Below are positions 11,182-22,643 of a stretch of 64,000 nt of DNA, piece after piece (the stretch's first letter is position 1; each line of letters opens with the position of its first letter). The notes under the pieces were generated by a model. That model did not search any database and was not told the DNA's origin. It saw nothing but the letters and a program-made list of their open reading frames with translations. The stretch comes from an uncultured Candidatus Binatia bacterium (GTDB lineage: Bacteria; Desulfobacterota; Binatia; Bin18): assembly GCA_965214605.1 (NCBI GenBank), contig OZ243961.1:352001-416000 (forward strand), read 5' to 3'. A program made the position numbers and the translations under genes.

Positions 11182-12327
11182 TTAGGCCAGTTCTTGACGC
11201 AATGCAGGTAAGACTTCTTTGCCCATCAGCTCAATGCTGCGCATGGTGAGATCGTGGGGCAGACCGCCATACTGCCCCTCAAAGAGCATATGGCCGATGC
11301 CCAAACGCTGAATGATCTCTTTGAGCCGTTGGGTCACCTGCTTGGGGGTGCCAACAACAAAACCGCCCGCCTCTTGGAGATCGTCAATCGTCATTTGAAA
11401 AACGGGTTTGTGTTTCTTTGCACCTACGCCCTCAGACAGAATCGAGGTGGTGCCGCGTGAAGTCATCCCGAGCGGCATATAGTAGTGCATCGGGCCTTTG
11501 AGCGAGGTTTGCGTCCGCCATAAGTAGTGTTCGTAGGAGGCCCGGGCATCTGCCTCGGTATCGGCCACAAACAAACCAGTCATATAGCCAAGGTTCTGAG
11601 GGGTGGCGGTATAGCCGCTCTGTTCGGCCGTTTCCCGGTACAGATCAAACCACTGCTCGGCCATGTCCAGGGGGGCAAGAAACGAGACATATGGATAGCC
11701 GTGCTGGGCGGCCCACTTAATCGACTCCTTGCTGCCGATACCAGGCACCCAAATCGGCGGATGCGGCTCTTGGAACGGAAAGCACCACGGATTCACGTAT
11801 CGAAACTGAAAGTGCTTGCCCTCCCAACGGAACGGGCCGGGCTGGGTCCAGGTTTTGAGAATCAAATCGTGTGACTCCTGATAACGTTCACGATTCAGCC
11901 CGGGGTCAATGTTCGTCGAAAACTGCTCAATGCCGATGCCCCGCACGAAACCCGATATCACCCGCCCACCGGACATCAGATCAAGCATGGAGATCTCTTC
12001 AGCTAAGCGGACCGGATTATCCCACAGGGCAATTACATTACCGAGTAACAGAATCTTACACGTCCTGGTACGCTGGATCAGCGCCGCGGCGCTGATGTTG
12101 GCCGCATAGTGCATACACGTCGGCGTGTTATGGTGCTCGTTGACCATCAGCCCGTCAAAACCGACGGTCTCGGCATACGCGTATTCGTCAAGATAGCGCT
12201 GGATCAGGGCTGAGCCCTTTCTGCGGTCGAAATATTTGTTGGGATAGGTTAGCCGAATAGACGGATATTGATCCAGCTCAGGCGTGTCTGGATACGGCAT
12301 TTCACTGAAGTAATAATAGTCAATCAC
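11182..12327 (-). CDS. LLM-class flavin-dependent oxidoreductase
   Basis: NEHH, P.RLAEE.SMLDLMSGGR...GFVRG, PFQEPHPPIW. Confidence 0.9.
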   Translation of the reverse strand: MIDYYYFSEMPYPDTPELDQYPSIRLTYPNKYFDRRKGSALIQRYLDEYAYAETVGFDGLMVNEHHNTPTCMHYAANISAAALIQRTRTCKILLLGNVIALWDNPVRLAEEISMLDLMSGGRVISGFVRGIGIEQFSTNIDPGLNRERYQESHDLILKTWTQPGPFRWEGKHFQFRYVNPWCFPFQEPHPPIWVPGIGSKESIKWAAQHGYPYVSFLAPLDMAEQWFDLYRETAEQSGYTATPQNLGYMTGLFVADTEADARASYEHYLWRTQTSLKGPMHYYMPLGMTSRGTTSILSEGVGAKKHKPVFQMTIDDLQEAGGFVVGTPKQVTQRLKEIIQRLGIGHMLFEGQYGGLPHDLTMRSIELMGKEVLPALRQELA

Positions 12328-12341
12328 GACGTTCCTCTTCG

Positions 12342-13130
12342 TTACCCCCGGGCTAAAAACGCTTCGAGCACGGCCACAAATTCGGCCGGGCGCTCAAACT
12401 GCGGCGAGTGGCCGCAGCGATCGATCAGCGTCAGCTCCGAGCCTTGAATAGCCCGCTGATATGCCTCGCCGTGGGCGAGCGGGACGAGGCCGTCATGCGT
12501 GCCCCACACGATCAGGGTCGACGCTTTGATTCGGCGCAAACGGTAAACGAGCTTGGGATTGTGCAGATACGGCTTCCAGCCAACGAGCTGGGCCATCAGC
12601 TGGCTGTTGTCGCGCAGCACAATTTGTTCTGGACTCGGTTTGGGCGGAAAGAGCCGCTCCCGCTCGGCCACCTGTCCGAGATCATAAAAAGCCAGGTCGG
12701 CCAGCTCCTGAGGGGTCAGTAAGAAAATGTCCGCGATCTCGGCTCCCTCGACCTTGAGTCCCACCGCATTGACCAAAATCAGCCGCGACACTCGCTCAGG
12801 ACAGCTGGCGGCCAGCTCTGCGGCCAGCCAGCCGCCCATTGAGAAACCAACAACGGGCACCTGTTGCCAACCGTAATGATCGAGAAAATCGGCATAAAAA
12901 TCGACCAAATCGGGCATGGAGTCGAGCCACCGAGGACGGGTCGAGCAGCCAAAACCCGGATGGGTCGGCACATACAAATCATGGTGCTGAGCCAGCATGT
13001 CGTGGTATTGGAGCCAGCCGGGGTTGCCACCGGCACCGTGCAGCACGAGCAACGGTGTCCCCTCTCCACCCCGCAGAACCTGCACCTGGGCTCCGATCAG
13101 GTCAACAAATTCTTCACCATGTTCCGCCAT
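12342..13130 (-). CDS. Alpha/beta fold hydrolase
   Basis: LHGAGG, HPGFG, GFSMGG, CGHSP. Confidence 0.88.
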   Translation of the reverse strand: MAEHGEEFVDLIGAQVQVLRGGEGTPLLVLHGAGGNPGWLQYHDMLAQHHDLYVPTHPGFGCSTRPRWLDSMPDLVDFYADFLDHYGWQQVPVVGFSMGGWLAAELAASCPERVSRLILVNAVGLKVEGAEIADIFLLTPQELADLAFYDLGQVAERERLFPPKPSPEQIVLRDNSQLMAQLVGWKPYLHNPKLVYRLRRIKASTLIVWGTHDGLVPLAHGEAYQRAIQGSELTLIDRCGHSPQFERPAEFVAVLEAFLARG

Positions 13131-13175
13131 TGCTGCTCCTTCGATAGTGTGGAACACTGCATCCGGCTCTGCTCG

Positions 13176-14090
13176 CTATAAATGCTGCGCATACCAGGCT
13201 TTGATATAGGGCAGACTTTGCTCCAGGCCCGCGCCGGTGAGGATGTCGCTGTGGCCGAGGCCGGGTAGGATAACGATTTTTTTAGGCTCGCCGGCTTTGG
13301 TATACATGGCCTGTGACTCTTCCATCGACACCCGTTCGTCAGCATCGCCATGTAGCCATAAAATCGCTCGGGGGGAAATGTTGGCCACCACCGACTCCGG
13401 TTTATAGGCAATCATCGGGAGGCCCGAGGACAGGCTAATGTGTCGGCTCCACTGTGGGTACTGATCCAGAATCTGCCCAAAGAGTGCGGTCGTGCTCTTC
13501 GGTTCGGGCACAATCTCATTGGCCTGCACGTATTCCAGCTCACCGCTGAGGACACGCCGAGCCTGGTCGGCCTTGAGACGCTGCAGCAACGCGCGCCACT
13601 CCCAGAAGTGGCACGCATCCCGAATCCAGCGTCCGCAGTCGCCAATACCGCACACACTGATGGTGGCTCTGACCCGGTCCTCAACACCGGCCGCATAGCT
13701 CACGTTAGCTCCGCCCAAGCTCACTCCAAACAAACCCAGCCGATCAGGATCGACCTCGGGCTGATTCTGGAGGAAGGTCACCGCATTGCGGATATCCTCT
13801 ATCTGACGCAGGGGAATGATCTGACGCCGGGGCTCGCCACCACTAGCACCCAGAAAGCGATAGTCAAAGGTCAAAACGACATAGCCAAGACCGGCTAAGC
13901 GCTGGGCAATCTCGGGGAGAATAACCTCTTTGACGGCGGTAAAGCCGTGACACATGACAATACCGGGCCGCCTCTCATTCGGGCCTCGGTCATTGGGGAC
14001 AAACAGGACACCGGCCATAGGGATGTTTTCACTGTAGAATTGTACAGGTTTTTGGGAATTCACGCCTTGTGGCGTCTGAGATGTTGTCAT
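13176..14090 (-). CDS. Alpha/beta hydrolase (FrsA/CocE-like)
   Basis: CHGF, FDYRFLGASGGEPR, GVSLGG, LGH. Confidence 0.85.
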   Translation of the reverse strand: MTTSQTPQGVNSQKPVQFYSENIPMAGVLFVPNDRGPNERRPGIVMCHGFTAVKEVILPEIAQRLAGLGYVVLTFDYRFLGASGGEPRRQIIPLRQIEDIRNAVTFLQNQPEVDPDRLGLFGVSLGGANVSYAAGVEDRVRATISVCGIGDCGRWIRDACHFWEWRALLQRLKADQARRVLSGELEYVQANEIVPEPKSTTALFGQILDQYPQWSRHISLSSGLPMIAYKPESVVANISPRAILWLHGDADERVSMEESQAMYTKAGEPKKIVILPGLGHSDILTGAGLEQSLPYIKAWYAQHL

Positions 14091-14174
14091 ATAGCTCTGC
14101 TTTCGCTGGAGAACTGTACGTCCTGCCCAACGCCTGCCGACTTCTGGTAGGGCTCACTGAGTGCCGGCGCTCTC

Positions 14175-14771
14175 CTACTCCGCCCCCTGCTCTTCTTCGG
14201 CCTGCGACACAGCATCGGTCGCCCCGCCCTGGCTCATTGCCTCGCTCAGACTCCACTCTTCGTCGTCATCGCGGATGCGGGTCGACGGCGGGGCGAATTG
14301 GTAGATCGCTTCGCTGAGGTTCATGATATGGCGCGTGTTGGTGCCCAAGTCTCCCTTCCCGACCCGAGACGAAGAGCGGATGTAGAGCGCACTGCCACTG
14401 GGCTGGGCCGCATAGGCGCGGATAAAGACCTCGTCCTGGAAGCGGAACATTTGAGTGGTGACGACCGCTCTGATCGTATGCACCTCAGGGTCGGTCTCCG
14501 CTACCTCCCAACCCAAGGCCTCGGCAGCCCGCCGGGCAATATCGATCAACAGGGCCGGAGGTGCCTGATAACGGTTCATCCGCAGCTCAGGAAACGCCGA
14601 GTCTTTTGTCGTTTGGGCAACGTTGGTGCTCAGATAGGTCACAACACGGCTCAGCAGGCCCGGCGGGTCGGTCATGGGCAGATCGTTGCTAATGATTGTC
14701 GCTGCGGCGAGTCCGGCCCCGACAAAGGCGACAAAAAAGAGGATTTGCAGCACGCCTTGTATGAATCCCAT
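14175..14771 (-). CDS. DUF1499 domain membrane-anchored protein
   Basis: N-terminal TM; FRFQDEVFIR and RSSSRVGKGDLGTN motifs. Confidence 0.82.
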   Translation of the reverse strand: MGFIQGVLQILFFVAFVGAGLAAATIISNDLPMTDPPGLLSRVVTYLSTNVAQTTKDSAFPELRMNRYQAPPALLIDIARRAAEALGWEVAETDPEVHTIRAVVTTQMFRFQDEVFIRAYAAQPSGSALYIRSSSRVGKGDLGTNTRHIMNLSEAIYQFAPPSTRIRDDDEEWSLSEAMSQGGATDAVSQAEEEQGAE

Positions 14772-14812
14772 AGACTCTCTCCGTTGTGTCTGAGGTGCGG
14801 AGGTGAGTGGTC

Positions 14813-16927
14813 TCAGGCCAGCAGCACCTCTTTCAAAGCCCCCCAGTCTGTGACCGGCGGCGAACAGGTAAAATTGTGACAGACGTATACGGTCAGTTTG
14901 CCGTCAATTTGTACCTTGCCGTCCAGGGCCGAGGGTCCTTTTCCGTCGGCCAGCGTTTGCGGATCAAGACACAGAACAGTCTTATTGGGAAGATACAGCG
15001 TGTTGATCTGAGCCAAGATCTGGCGGGTCTCGGGCGCTTGACTCTCTCCGACTAGCACGATCTCTTTGGGGCGGTTGAGATAGAAGTCGAGCGCGCCGAG
15101 CATATGGCTAAAGCCAAACGGATGCTGTTCCATAGCATCGTAAAACAGGCGGAGGATCTGCTCGGCTCTCTCCAGATAGTCTTGTCGCTCAGTCAGAGAG
15201 AAGAGACGCAGCAGGACAAAGGTAGCCAATGAGTTGCCGGACGGGATTGAGCCGTCAAAGGCCGACTTAGAGCGGCTGATTAGGCGCTCATGGTCATCGC
15301 TGGTAAAGAAAAAGCCGCCCTGGTCGGTATCCCAGAAACGGTCGAGTAAAACCTGGCTCAAGGCTATGGCGTGGTCGAGATAGGCGTGCTCTGCGGTCGC
15401 CTCGTACAGGTCGAGCAGAGCGGTGGCAAAGGACGCGTAGTCGTCCAGATACGCGTTAAATTTGGCCTGTCCATCTTTGTAGCTGCGCAGGAGCCGTCCG
15501 TTGCAGGGGGACGCTGATCTCTTCCCCAGCAGCTCGTCATCACCGTGCGCCTTCCCACAGAGCTTGGTGAGCATAAACTCGGCATTACGCCGGGCAATAT
15601 CGAGGTAGTGGGGGTCGCCCAGCACCCGGTACGCCTCGGCAAACCCCGACAGCATGAGACCGTTCCAACAGGTCAGAATCTTCTCGTCCCGCCCGGGTTT
15701 GATCCGGTCCTCACGGGCGGCAAACAGACGCTGTTTGGCCGTTTGGAGCAGCCGGTCGATTTCGTCGCTCTCACGACCAAACAGCCGGGCTAGCTGGTCC
15801 GGTTCCAGACACGGATGGAGGATATTGTGTCCCTCAAAATTGCCTGCGTCGGTCACGTCATAGTACCGACACACAATCTCGCCGACGTCTTCACCGAGCA
15901 GGTCTATGATCTGCTCTTTATCCCAGACAAAAAATTTGCCCTCAACCCCCTCAGAGTCAGCGTCCTGAGTTGAATAGAATCCGCCCTCAGGGCTCAGCAT
16001 CTCGCGCTCGACATAGGCCAGAATCTCCTCGACAACACCGCGGAAAAATGGATCCTGAGTGGCCTGATAGGCCTCAAGGTAGAGTCGGGTGAGCAGAGCG
16101 TTATCGTAGAGCATCTTTTCAAAATGGGGCACCAGCCACCGCTCGTCTACTGAATAGCGGTGAAAGCCGCCGCCTAGATGATCGTACACTCCGCCCTTGG
16201 CCATCTTGCGTAGGGTGTGGCTCGTCAGCTGCAGATAAGTGTCGGCGTTTTGATTGCTATGCAGCTGGCGCAAAAAGAGGCTCAAGACTGACGTGTTGGG
16301 AAACTTTGGCGCCCGACCTAAGCCGCCGTGGGTGCGGTCAACGTGTTCGGCCAGATTAGCTGATGCGTTTTGGACAGTCTCAATCTGGAGCGGCCGACTC
16401 GTCGCCTGGCGTTGAGAGAGTTCATGGAGCTTGTCGAGAATCTGTCTGCTGGATTTGGCCACCTCCCCAGGCTTATCGTGATATGCCTGAGCGACTCCCT
16501 GCAACACGCGCGGAAAGGCCGGCAGCTTGTGCCGGTCAACGGGCGGAAAATACGTCCCGCCATAAAACGGCTCCCCATCTGGGGTCAGGAACATGGTCAT
16601 CGGCCACCCACCCCGTCCGGTCAGCATCTGGACGGCATTCATATAGATTTCGTCAACGTCCGGCCGCTCCTCTCGGTCGACTTTGATGTTCACGAACAAA
16701 TCGTTCATCAGCGCGGCAATGCGCTCGTCTTCAAACGACTCGTGCTCCATCACGTGACACCAGTGGCAGGCGGAGTAGCCAACGCTCAGCAAAATCGGCT
16801 TATTGTCGGCTCTCGCCTTGGCAAATGCCTCTTCACCCCACGGATACCAATCCACCGGATTATGGGCGTGTTGCAATAAATATGGACTCGTCTCCTGCGC
16901 CAAGCGATTGGTAAATTTATGCGCCAT
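14813..16927 (-). CDS. Thioredoxin-domain protein, YyaL/SPATA20 family
   Basis: [49 protein letters not shown]; start at MAHKF. Confidence 0.93.
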   Translation of the reverse strand: MAHKFTNRLAQETSPYLLQHAHNPVDWYPWGEEAFAKARADNKPILLSVGYSACHWCHVMEHESFEDERIAALMNDLFVNIKVDREERPDVDEIYMNAVQMLTGRGGWPMTMFLTPDGEPFYGGTYFPPVDRHKLPAFPRVLQGVAQAYHDKPGEVAKSSRQILDKLHELSQRQATSRPLQIETVQNASANLAEHVDRTHGGLGRAPKFPNTSVLSLFLRQLHSNQNADTYLQLTSHTLRKMAKGGVYDHLGGGFHRYSVDERWLVPHFEKMLYDNALLTRLYLEAYQATQDPFFRGVVEEILAYVEREMLSPEGGFYSTQDADSEGVEGKFFVWDKEQIIDLLGEDVGEIVCRYYDVTDAGNFEGHNILHPCLEPDQLARLFGRESDEIDRLLQTAKQRLFAAREDRIKPGRDEKILTCWNGLMLSGFAEAYRVLGDPHYLDIARRNAEFMLTKLCGKAHGDDELLGKRSASPCNGRLLRSYKDGQAKFNAYLDDYASFATALLDLYEATAEHAYLDHAIALSQVLLDRFWDTDQGGFFFTSDDHERLISRSKSAFDGSIPSGNSLATFVLLRLFSLTERQDYLERAEQILRLFYDAMEQHPFGFSHMLGALDFYLNRPKEIVLVGESQAPETRQILAQINTLYLPNKTVLCLDPQTLADGKGPSALDGKVQIDGKLTVYVCHNFTCSPPVTDWGALKEVLLA

Positions 16928-16937
16928 AGGTGACACC

Positions 16938-18248
16938 TTACACAAAATAAATCCGCCGCGCCTCTTTGAGAAGGTCCGATTTAAAGTCTGGGTGACAGAT
17001 CTCGACCAGAGCGGCCGCCCGCTGTTTGAGGGTTTTGCCGCGTAGTTCGGCAATGCCGTACTCGGTGACCACGTAATCCACAAAGGCGCGCTGGGCAGTG
17101 ACGACACTGCCCGGCTCCAGCATCGGCACGATACGCGAAATCCGACGGCCCTGAACGATGGAAGACGAGGGCGTCACAATCACCGACTTGCCGGGATTAC
17201 AGAATGCCGCGGTGATGGTGAACGTTGTCTGGCCGCCGGTCCCGGTATACATGAATGGCCCAAACGACTCGGAACAGGCCTGACCGCCTAGATCGACCGC
17301 CAGCGCATTGTTGACAGCGACATAATTCTGCTGGTTAACCAGCAGCCGCAGATCATCGGTATAGGTGAAATCGTAGAACTCAAAATTGGGGTTGCCGTCG
17401 ATTATTGCCAGCTCATCCGGAAACACGCCGATACCTGCACTGGCCACCACTTTTCCGGGATTGACGGTTTTATATTTCCCAGTCACGACCCCGTCTTTGA
17501 CCAGACGGGCGATCCCCCCAGGGATGACCTCGGTATGGATTCCCAGGTCGTTTTTGTCGCCCAGGTACAGGGCGAGCGGCGAAGACACACTGCCCAGACC
17601 AATTTGTAGAGTATCGCCGTCATGGACTAGGTTATTGGCGACCAGGGTACAAATCACCTCGGTTGCAGCGACTTCCTCTTCGTTGCGCGGGGTCGGCGGC
17701 AGTTGGGCCGACGGCTGGCTAGGCTCAACAACATAGTCAATCTCCGATACATGAATGTAGTTCTCACCACCGGTTCGGATGAGGTCCTCATGCATCTCGG
17801 CAACCACGGTCCGAGCGGCTTTGACCATGGTTTTAGACATGAATAAACCATGACCAAAACTGCAGTAGCCGTGCTTGTCGGGGGTGGATACCGGGGTCAT
17901 ATACACGTCGCACTTCAGGCCCGGCGGCAGTTCTCCACGTCGAAAGTACATCACCGGGATAAACTCCATCCGGCCATCCTTCATCAGCGGACGCGTACTC
18001 GTGCCCAGATAGGTGGCCTCAATGCTAAAGGCTTGCTCAACGCCGGGCTGGTCCCAGTTGAACAGCGGTCCAATCGTGCCAACTCTGACATGACGGAGGT
18101 CTTCTTTGCGGTCCAGCAGCGCTTGGCTAAGGGTCAGCGGCGTGGCGTGTAACCAGTTGAGCTGCACCACGTCGCCGTTGCGAACCGCCTCTTTGACGGC
18201 CTGTTGGGGGGAGACGAGTTTATCACCACAGTGTTCGTGCCAGTCCAT
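16938..18248 (-). CDS. Acetyl-CoA hydrolase / 4-hydroxybutyrate CoA-transferase family
   Basis: [36 protein letters not shown]; RBS AAGGAG before MDWHEH. Confidence 0.9.
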   Translation of the reverse strand: MDWHEHCGDKLVSPQQAVKEAVRNGDVVQLNWLHATPLTLSQALLDRKEDLRHVRVGTIGPLFNWDQPGVEQAFSIEATYLGTSTRPLMKDGRMEFIPVMYFRRGELPPGLKCDVYMTPVSTPDKHGYCSFGHGLFMSKTMVKAARTVVAEMHEDLIRTGGENYIHVSEIDYVVEPSQPSAQLPPTPRNEEEVAATEVICTLVANNLVHDGDTLQIGLGSVSSPLALYLGDKNDLGIHTEVIPGGIARLVKDGVVTGKYKTVNPGKVVASAGIGVFPDELAIIDGNPNFEFYDFTYTDDLRLLVNQQNYVAVNNALAVDLGGQACSESFGPFMYTGTGGQTTFTITAAFCNPGKSVIVTPSSSIVQGRRISRIVPMLEPGSVVTAQRAFVDYVVTEYGIAELRGKTLKQRAAALVEICHPDFKSDLLKEARRIYFV

Positions 18249-18427
18249 AGGACGTCTCCTTTCTGGTCGGAGCATAAACCACAGGGCAGCAGAAAGCAAA
18301 GCCGTTTTCGTTAAGATGAGGTGCTTGACCCTCACCACTTGATCAGGAAGATAAGGAGCAACCACCTTCTTTCAGAGCGTAGCGGGATGCTGGCGATGAC
18401 GTGCTTGACCAACTAAGGAGTAGGGAT

Positions 18428-18664
18428 ATGGACATTCGGATTGAATACTGTGCGGCTTGAGGCTATGAGGCTGAAGCCGTCAGTTTGACGGAACAACTGT
18501 TAAACGAGTATAAGCAGCGGATCAGCGGCCTCACCCTGCTCCCGTTTGGTGACGGACGCTTTGAGGTCATCGTTGACGACACCAAGATCTACTCGAAGTT
18601 AGAGACGCACCAGTTTCCGGCCTATGCCGAGGTAAAAGCCGCCCTAGAGAAGCGGACGGCCTGA
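18428..18664 (+). CDS. SelW/SelT/SelH (Rdx family) selenoprotein, 78 aa, in-frame TGA at 18458-18460 read as Sec
   Basis: AAGGAG RBS; MDIRIEYCAA-U-GY...GDGRFEVIVDDTKIYSKLETHQFP matches the Rdx fold pattern with a CxxU motif. Confidence 0.9.
18477..18491 (+). promoter_or_regulatory. Candidate bacterial SECIS hairpin
   Basis: CCGTCA-GTT-TGACGG stem-loop starting 16 nt after the UGA, with G as the first loop base. Confidence 0.65.
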
Positions 18665-18704
18665 AAAAACGGCACAACACCCATACCATATGACGGGTGA
18701 GGTT

Positions 18705-19382
18705 TCATAACATCTCGGCGTGGCCCCACACAATGTTTAAACACGTCGCGCCGTTCTTCGTCGTGACAGTATGGGTGCATCCATTGGGCCGATAACTCAT
18801 GTTGCCGGTCGCCACTTCTCCGGCCTCATCCGCGTTCGCGCCCTCAATCACAAAAATCAGCTCATCGCCGATGTGACGGTGGAGCGGGAGCTTGGCCCCC
18901 GGTTCAAAGCGGGCCAAAACGGCGCGCCGTTCCGTGTCTTCATCCTGCCAGATGTTCTTTAGCCGAATACCGGGCCGCGCTTCGACCCACTCTAACTCGC
19001 TGAGTGTAAAGAGCTGAGACGGTGGGGCGTCACCGAGTGCGGTCGTCATTTCGATCCCGCCCGTAATAACGGCGAGAACGGTGGCCCCTTGTGGACTCGA
19101 CACCGTGTGCACGCAACCATTTGGCCGGTAGCCGAGGTTACCGGCGGTGACCGTACCAAATTCGTCGCCGAGCGCCCCTTCGAGGACAAAGATGAGTTCA
19201 TCGCCGTCATGACGGTGCATGGGCAGGGCGGTTCCGGGCTCAATCCGGGTCATGATCGCCCGACGCTTACTCCCCTCGTCACTCCACAGACTCTTGGCTC
19301 GAATCCCCGGCTGCCATTGCTGCCATGCTATATCGCCAATCTGAATCACGCGTGATAGTGGACTGTGCTGGGTACCTGCCAT
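18705..19382 (-). CDS. Tandem cupin (ChrR-like) domain protein
   Basis: Two internal repeats P.HRH.GDELIFV.EG...YRPNGC.HTV; GGAGG RBS before MAGTQH. Confidence 0.85.
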   Translation of the reverse strand: MAGTQHSPLSRVIQIGDIAWQQWQPGIRAKSLWSDEGSKRRAIMTRIEPGTALPMHRHDGDELIFVLEGALGDEFGTVTAGNLGYRPNGCVHTVSSPQGATVLAVITGGIEMTTALGDAPPSQLFTLSELEWVEARPGIRLKNIWQDEDTERRAVLARFEPGAKLPLHRHIGDELIFVIEGANADEAGEVATGNMSYRPNGCTHTVTTKNGATCLNIVWGHAEML

Positions 19383-19624
19383 CGTGTCCTCCCTCCTGAA
19401 GATGGGTGATGATCTCTGCTGATTCAAGCGGCCCTCATCGACTCCCTTGTCTGATAGAGATCTCTCTCCTGAGCTTAAGCATAGGCCACCGCCGAAAGGC
19501 AAGAGGGCGCGGTCACCACGTAGGAGGTCTACGGCACCGGTCTTGCCTTCTTGGCCAGGCGTGTCCACAGTATGGCTGGCACGCCCACGTTTGCCGCTTT
19601 GCGCAGAGCCGGAGGTTTGGTGTT

Positions 19625-20041
19625 ATGAGCTCTCCCCTATTCTTTGTTGTCCTAGCCGGCTTGGGATTCCAGATAATCCCGGCTGACGTCCATGCCTTTC
19701 AGGTCACGCCCGGGAAATGGCAGTTTGAGTATGAGAGCCGGGCGTCATTTGAGCCCCAGCCACAGAAGCGCATGGATATCCAGTGTGTCAAGGACTCGAG
19801 CTGGGATCCAGCAGCCTCAATCGCGAAGAGCGGCCACTGTCAACTCCACAACGTCAGGCAAGACAGGACCTCGTTCAGCGCGACCGTGACCTGCGGTCGT
19901 GGCGCGGGAAACCCGCCGATGACTGGGAGTATGACCTATAGTTCGACCGGCACGACCATGACCAGCCGCACGGTCTTCAAAGGAGAGGGCTACGACATGG
20001 AAATGCAAACGCGCGGAAAATGGCTCGGCGCGTGTGACTAG
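19625..20041 (+). CDS. DUF3617-like exported protein
   Basis: Signal peptide, PGKW, spaced Cys, C-terminal GKWLGAC. Confidence 0.75.
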   Translation: MSSPLFFVVLAGLGFQIIPADVHAFQVTPGKWQFEYESRASFEPQPQKRMDIQCVKDSSWDPAASIAKSGHCQLHNVRQDRTSFSATVTCGRGAGNPPMTGSMTYSSTGTTMTSRTVFKGEGYDMEMQTRGKWLGACD

Positions 20042-20136
20042 TGCGTGCCGGCCTCGTTCGGCGGACCTCCTCTTGACCACACTGAGCGCCGAGTGCTAGG
20101 GGAGCGAACGGGCTCACTCATGAGAGGGGAATAAGC

Positions 20137-21165
20137 ATGGATATCGGTCTGTACGCAACTACCCACGGCCTCGGCTATCGGGATGAGGTGAACTTTCTGG
20201 TCCGCTCCATCACAGCCGAACAGATGCAGCCGGTCCGGATTGCTCAGCTAGCCGAACGCCTGGGCTATCATTCGATGTGGTTTCCCGATCATGTGTGCAT
20301 GCCCATGGCCTCGACGAGCGCCCATGTGGCCAACGCCTCTGGTACACGCGCGTACGAGGCGCGGCATACCATGCTCGACGCCGCGGTCATTATGGGTGCG
20401 GTCGCCGTTAGTACGAGGCGCCTCAAGCTCGGCACCAGCGTGCTGATCGGGCCCTACCGCAACCCGCTGAGCGACGCGCGTCAATTGGCGACTATCGACC
20501 AGCTGTCAAACGGCCGGCTCTTATTTGGCGTTGGAGCCGGCTGGATGCAGGAGGAGTTTGAGGCACTCGGTCTCGACTATGCCAAGCGCGCCCCCCAGAC
20601 CGAGGAATGTATCGAGGTCTATAAACGTGCCTGGGTTGACGAGGCCGTCAGCTTCCAGGGCCGGTTTTACGATTTTAGCGCGGTGTCGCTGGACCCCAAA
20701 CCGGTCCAGCGGCCCTACCCACCGATCATTTATGGCGGGGTCACTACGGTCGGTGCCCGACGAGCGGCGCGGCTGTGTAACGGCTTCTATCCTATTTTTC
20801 TTGACTCGTACGCCGAGCCAAACCGCTATAGCAGCGCCCAGGACGTTATCCGCCGTGAACTTGAGCGCCAACACAAAGATCCGGCCGAGTTTGCCATGAT
20901 TGGTGTCAGTTCGGCCCGGCTGACCGCAGCCCATGACCCACACGCCCAGGCCACGCCCCGCCGTATTTGCACAGGCACGCCGGATCAGGTCGTCGCGGAT
21001 CTAGAGCGTTTTGCCCAGGCCGGATATTCATTAATCGTGTGTATTTTTGACTGCCCGTCGGGTCAGCGCCAAGAACTCGAAGAGCAGATGGAGCAGTTCA
21101 GCGAACAGGTCTTACCCCACACAGCCGCTCTCAACGCCCAGGGCGGGTGGAAAGCCCGTCTTTAG
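20137..21165 (+). CDS. LLM-class (probably F420-dependent) oxidoreductase
   Basis: WFPDHV, LATIDQLSNGRLLFGVGAGW..EEF, PKPVQRPYPPI. Confidence 0.88.
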   Translation: MDIGLYATTHGLGYRDEVNFLVRSITAEQMQPVRIAQLAERLGYHSMWFPDHVCMPMASTSAHVANASGTRAYEARHTMLDAAVIMGAVAVSTRRLKLGTSVLIGPYRNPLSDARQLATIDQLSNGRLLFGVGAGWMQEEFEALGLDYAKRAPQTEECIEVYKRAWVDEAVSFQGRFYDFSAVSLDPKPVQRPYPPIIYGGVTTVGARRAARLCNGFYPIFLDSYAEPNRYSSAQDVIRRELERQHKDPAEFAMIGVSSARLTAAHDPHAQATPRRICTGTPDQVVADLERFAQAGYSLIVCIFDCPSGQRQELEEQMEQFSEQVLPHTAALNAQGGWKARL

Positions 21166-21196
21166 CTCGTCCACGGCCAACCCAGAAGGAACACCC

Positions 21197-22225
21197 ATGC
21201 GTGAGATTGCTTTTGGTTTTTTTGACCATCTGGAGCGCAGACCGGAACCACTCGGTCAGTTTTATGCCGGCCGACTGGAACTGCTGAAAATGGCTGATGA
21301 AGCGGGACTCTACGCCTACCATCCGGCCGAGCACCACGCCACACCGCTCGGCATGGCCCCTTCGCCAAATGTGTTTCTGGCCGCCGCGGCCCAGTGCACG
21401 CAACGGATTCGCCTCGGGCCCCTGCTCTATCTGCTACCGCTGTACCATCCGCTCCGTCTCGTCGAAGAACTGTGCATGCTCGATCACCTGAGCAATGGGC
21501 GCCTTGAAATCGGTGTTGGACGGGGGGTCTCGCCGTACGAGTTAGCCTACTTTGAGGTGCCGTTTCTCCGGTCGCAAGCCATGTTCAAGGAAGCCCTTGA
21601 CGTGGTGGTAGCCGGTCTGCGGGGAGAACGCCTGTCGTACAGCGGCAAATACTACGACTGTCTCGACGTGCCCCTCGAACTCCACCCCCACCAGACCCCC
21701 AACCCGCCCTTCTGGCATGGGGTGACCAGCCTCCGGAGCCTCCAGTTTGCCGCCGAGCGTGGCATGCATATGGTTGGCGGTGGTCCGAATCCGGCTCTAA
21801 AAGAGACGATCGTCCAGTATCGGGAGCTGTGGAGTCAGCATCACCATGACCCAGACAATCTTAATCCCCATATCAAGACTCCCATCATTGGCGCGTTGCG
21901 CCACATCTATGTTGCCGACACTGATGAGGAGGCTGAGGCGGTCGCCCGCCCCGCCTATCAACAGTTCTACGACAACATCATGAAGCTATGGAAAGATTTT
22001 GGTACAGTCCACATCTTCTTTACCCCTGAGCTTTCAGTCGCCCGCAAACTCGATGTGGCGATTGTTGGCTCACCGCGCTCGGTGCAGGATCAGCTGGCGA
22101 AACTGTTCGAAGAGACGGGCTGTAATTATCCGACCTTGGCCTTTGCCTGGGGCAACCTGAGCCAGGGGCAGTCTCAGCGCTCACTAGAGCTGTTTGCCAC
22201 CAAGGTGATGCCAGCGTTTGAGTGA
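21197..22225 (+). CDS. LLM-class flavin-dependent oxidoreductase
   Basis: AEHH.TPLG.APSP, MLDHLSNGRLEIGVGRG. Confidence 0.9.
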   Translation: MREIAFGFFDHLERRPEPLGQFYAGRLELLKMADEAGLYAYHPAEHHATPLGMAPSPNVFLAAAAQCTQRIRLGPLLYLLPLYHPLRLVEELCMLDHLSNGRLEIGVGRGVSPYELAYFEVPFLRSQAMFKEALDVVVAGLRGERLSYSGKYYDCLDVPLELHPHQTPNPPFWHGVTSLRSLQFAAERGMHMVGGGPNPALKETIVQYRELWSQHHHDPDNLNPHIKTPIIGALRHIYVADTDEEAEAVARPAYQQFYDNIMKLWKDFGTVHIFFTPELSVARKLDVAIVGSPRSVQDQLAKLFEETGCNYPTLAFAWGNLSQGQSQRSLELFATKVMPAFE

Positions 22226-22643
22226 CCTCTGCGTGAGGCCTCCTGCGCACTGTCTTCGGACCTTGTCCTGTCCGGCAGACGATCCGCTGCCAGAGCCACG
22301 GCTCCCAAATAGAACTACGGCCTCAGAGGAAAAGCCGTGTCCGTCTCAGCCGGCAGCTCTTCAGGAGCATCGAGGGGCGGGACCTAGGGGGGCGCTGGAC
22401 GGGGGCTGGGTTAATCACGGTTGTGCAGGCGAGCAGTCGGTGCCCGTGGACATCCTCTCGTCACATCCCAAGAGGTCTGATCAGAGGCACGTGGTCCACA
22501 GTGGCCGCCATATACGCTCGGCGGGCGATACGGGCCGGTCTTTGCCCGTCTCCCCCATTCATCGGCCTTTTCCGCTCTTCGGCTATACGCTTCTCTCCGC
22601 CTATGCTACAAGACAGGATGCTATCTTTAAGGAGGGGGATGCC

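Noticed and set aside
22218-22643. 142-aa N-terminal extension of PmoC in the ORF track
   Set aside because: A strong RBS and ATG at 22644 give a normal-length PmoC; the extension has non-coding character
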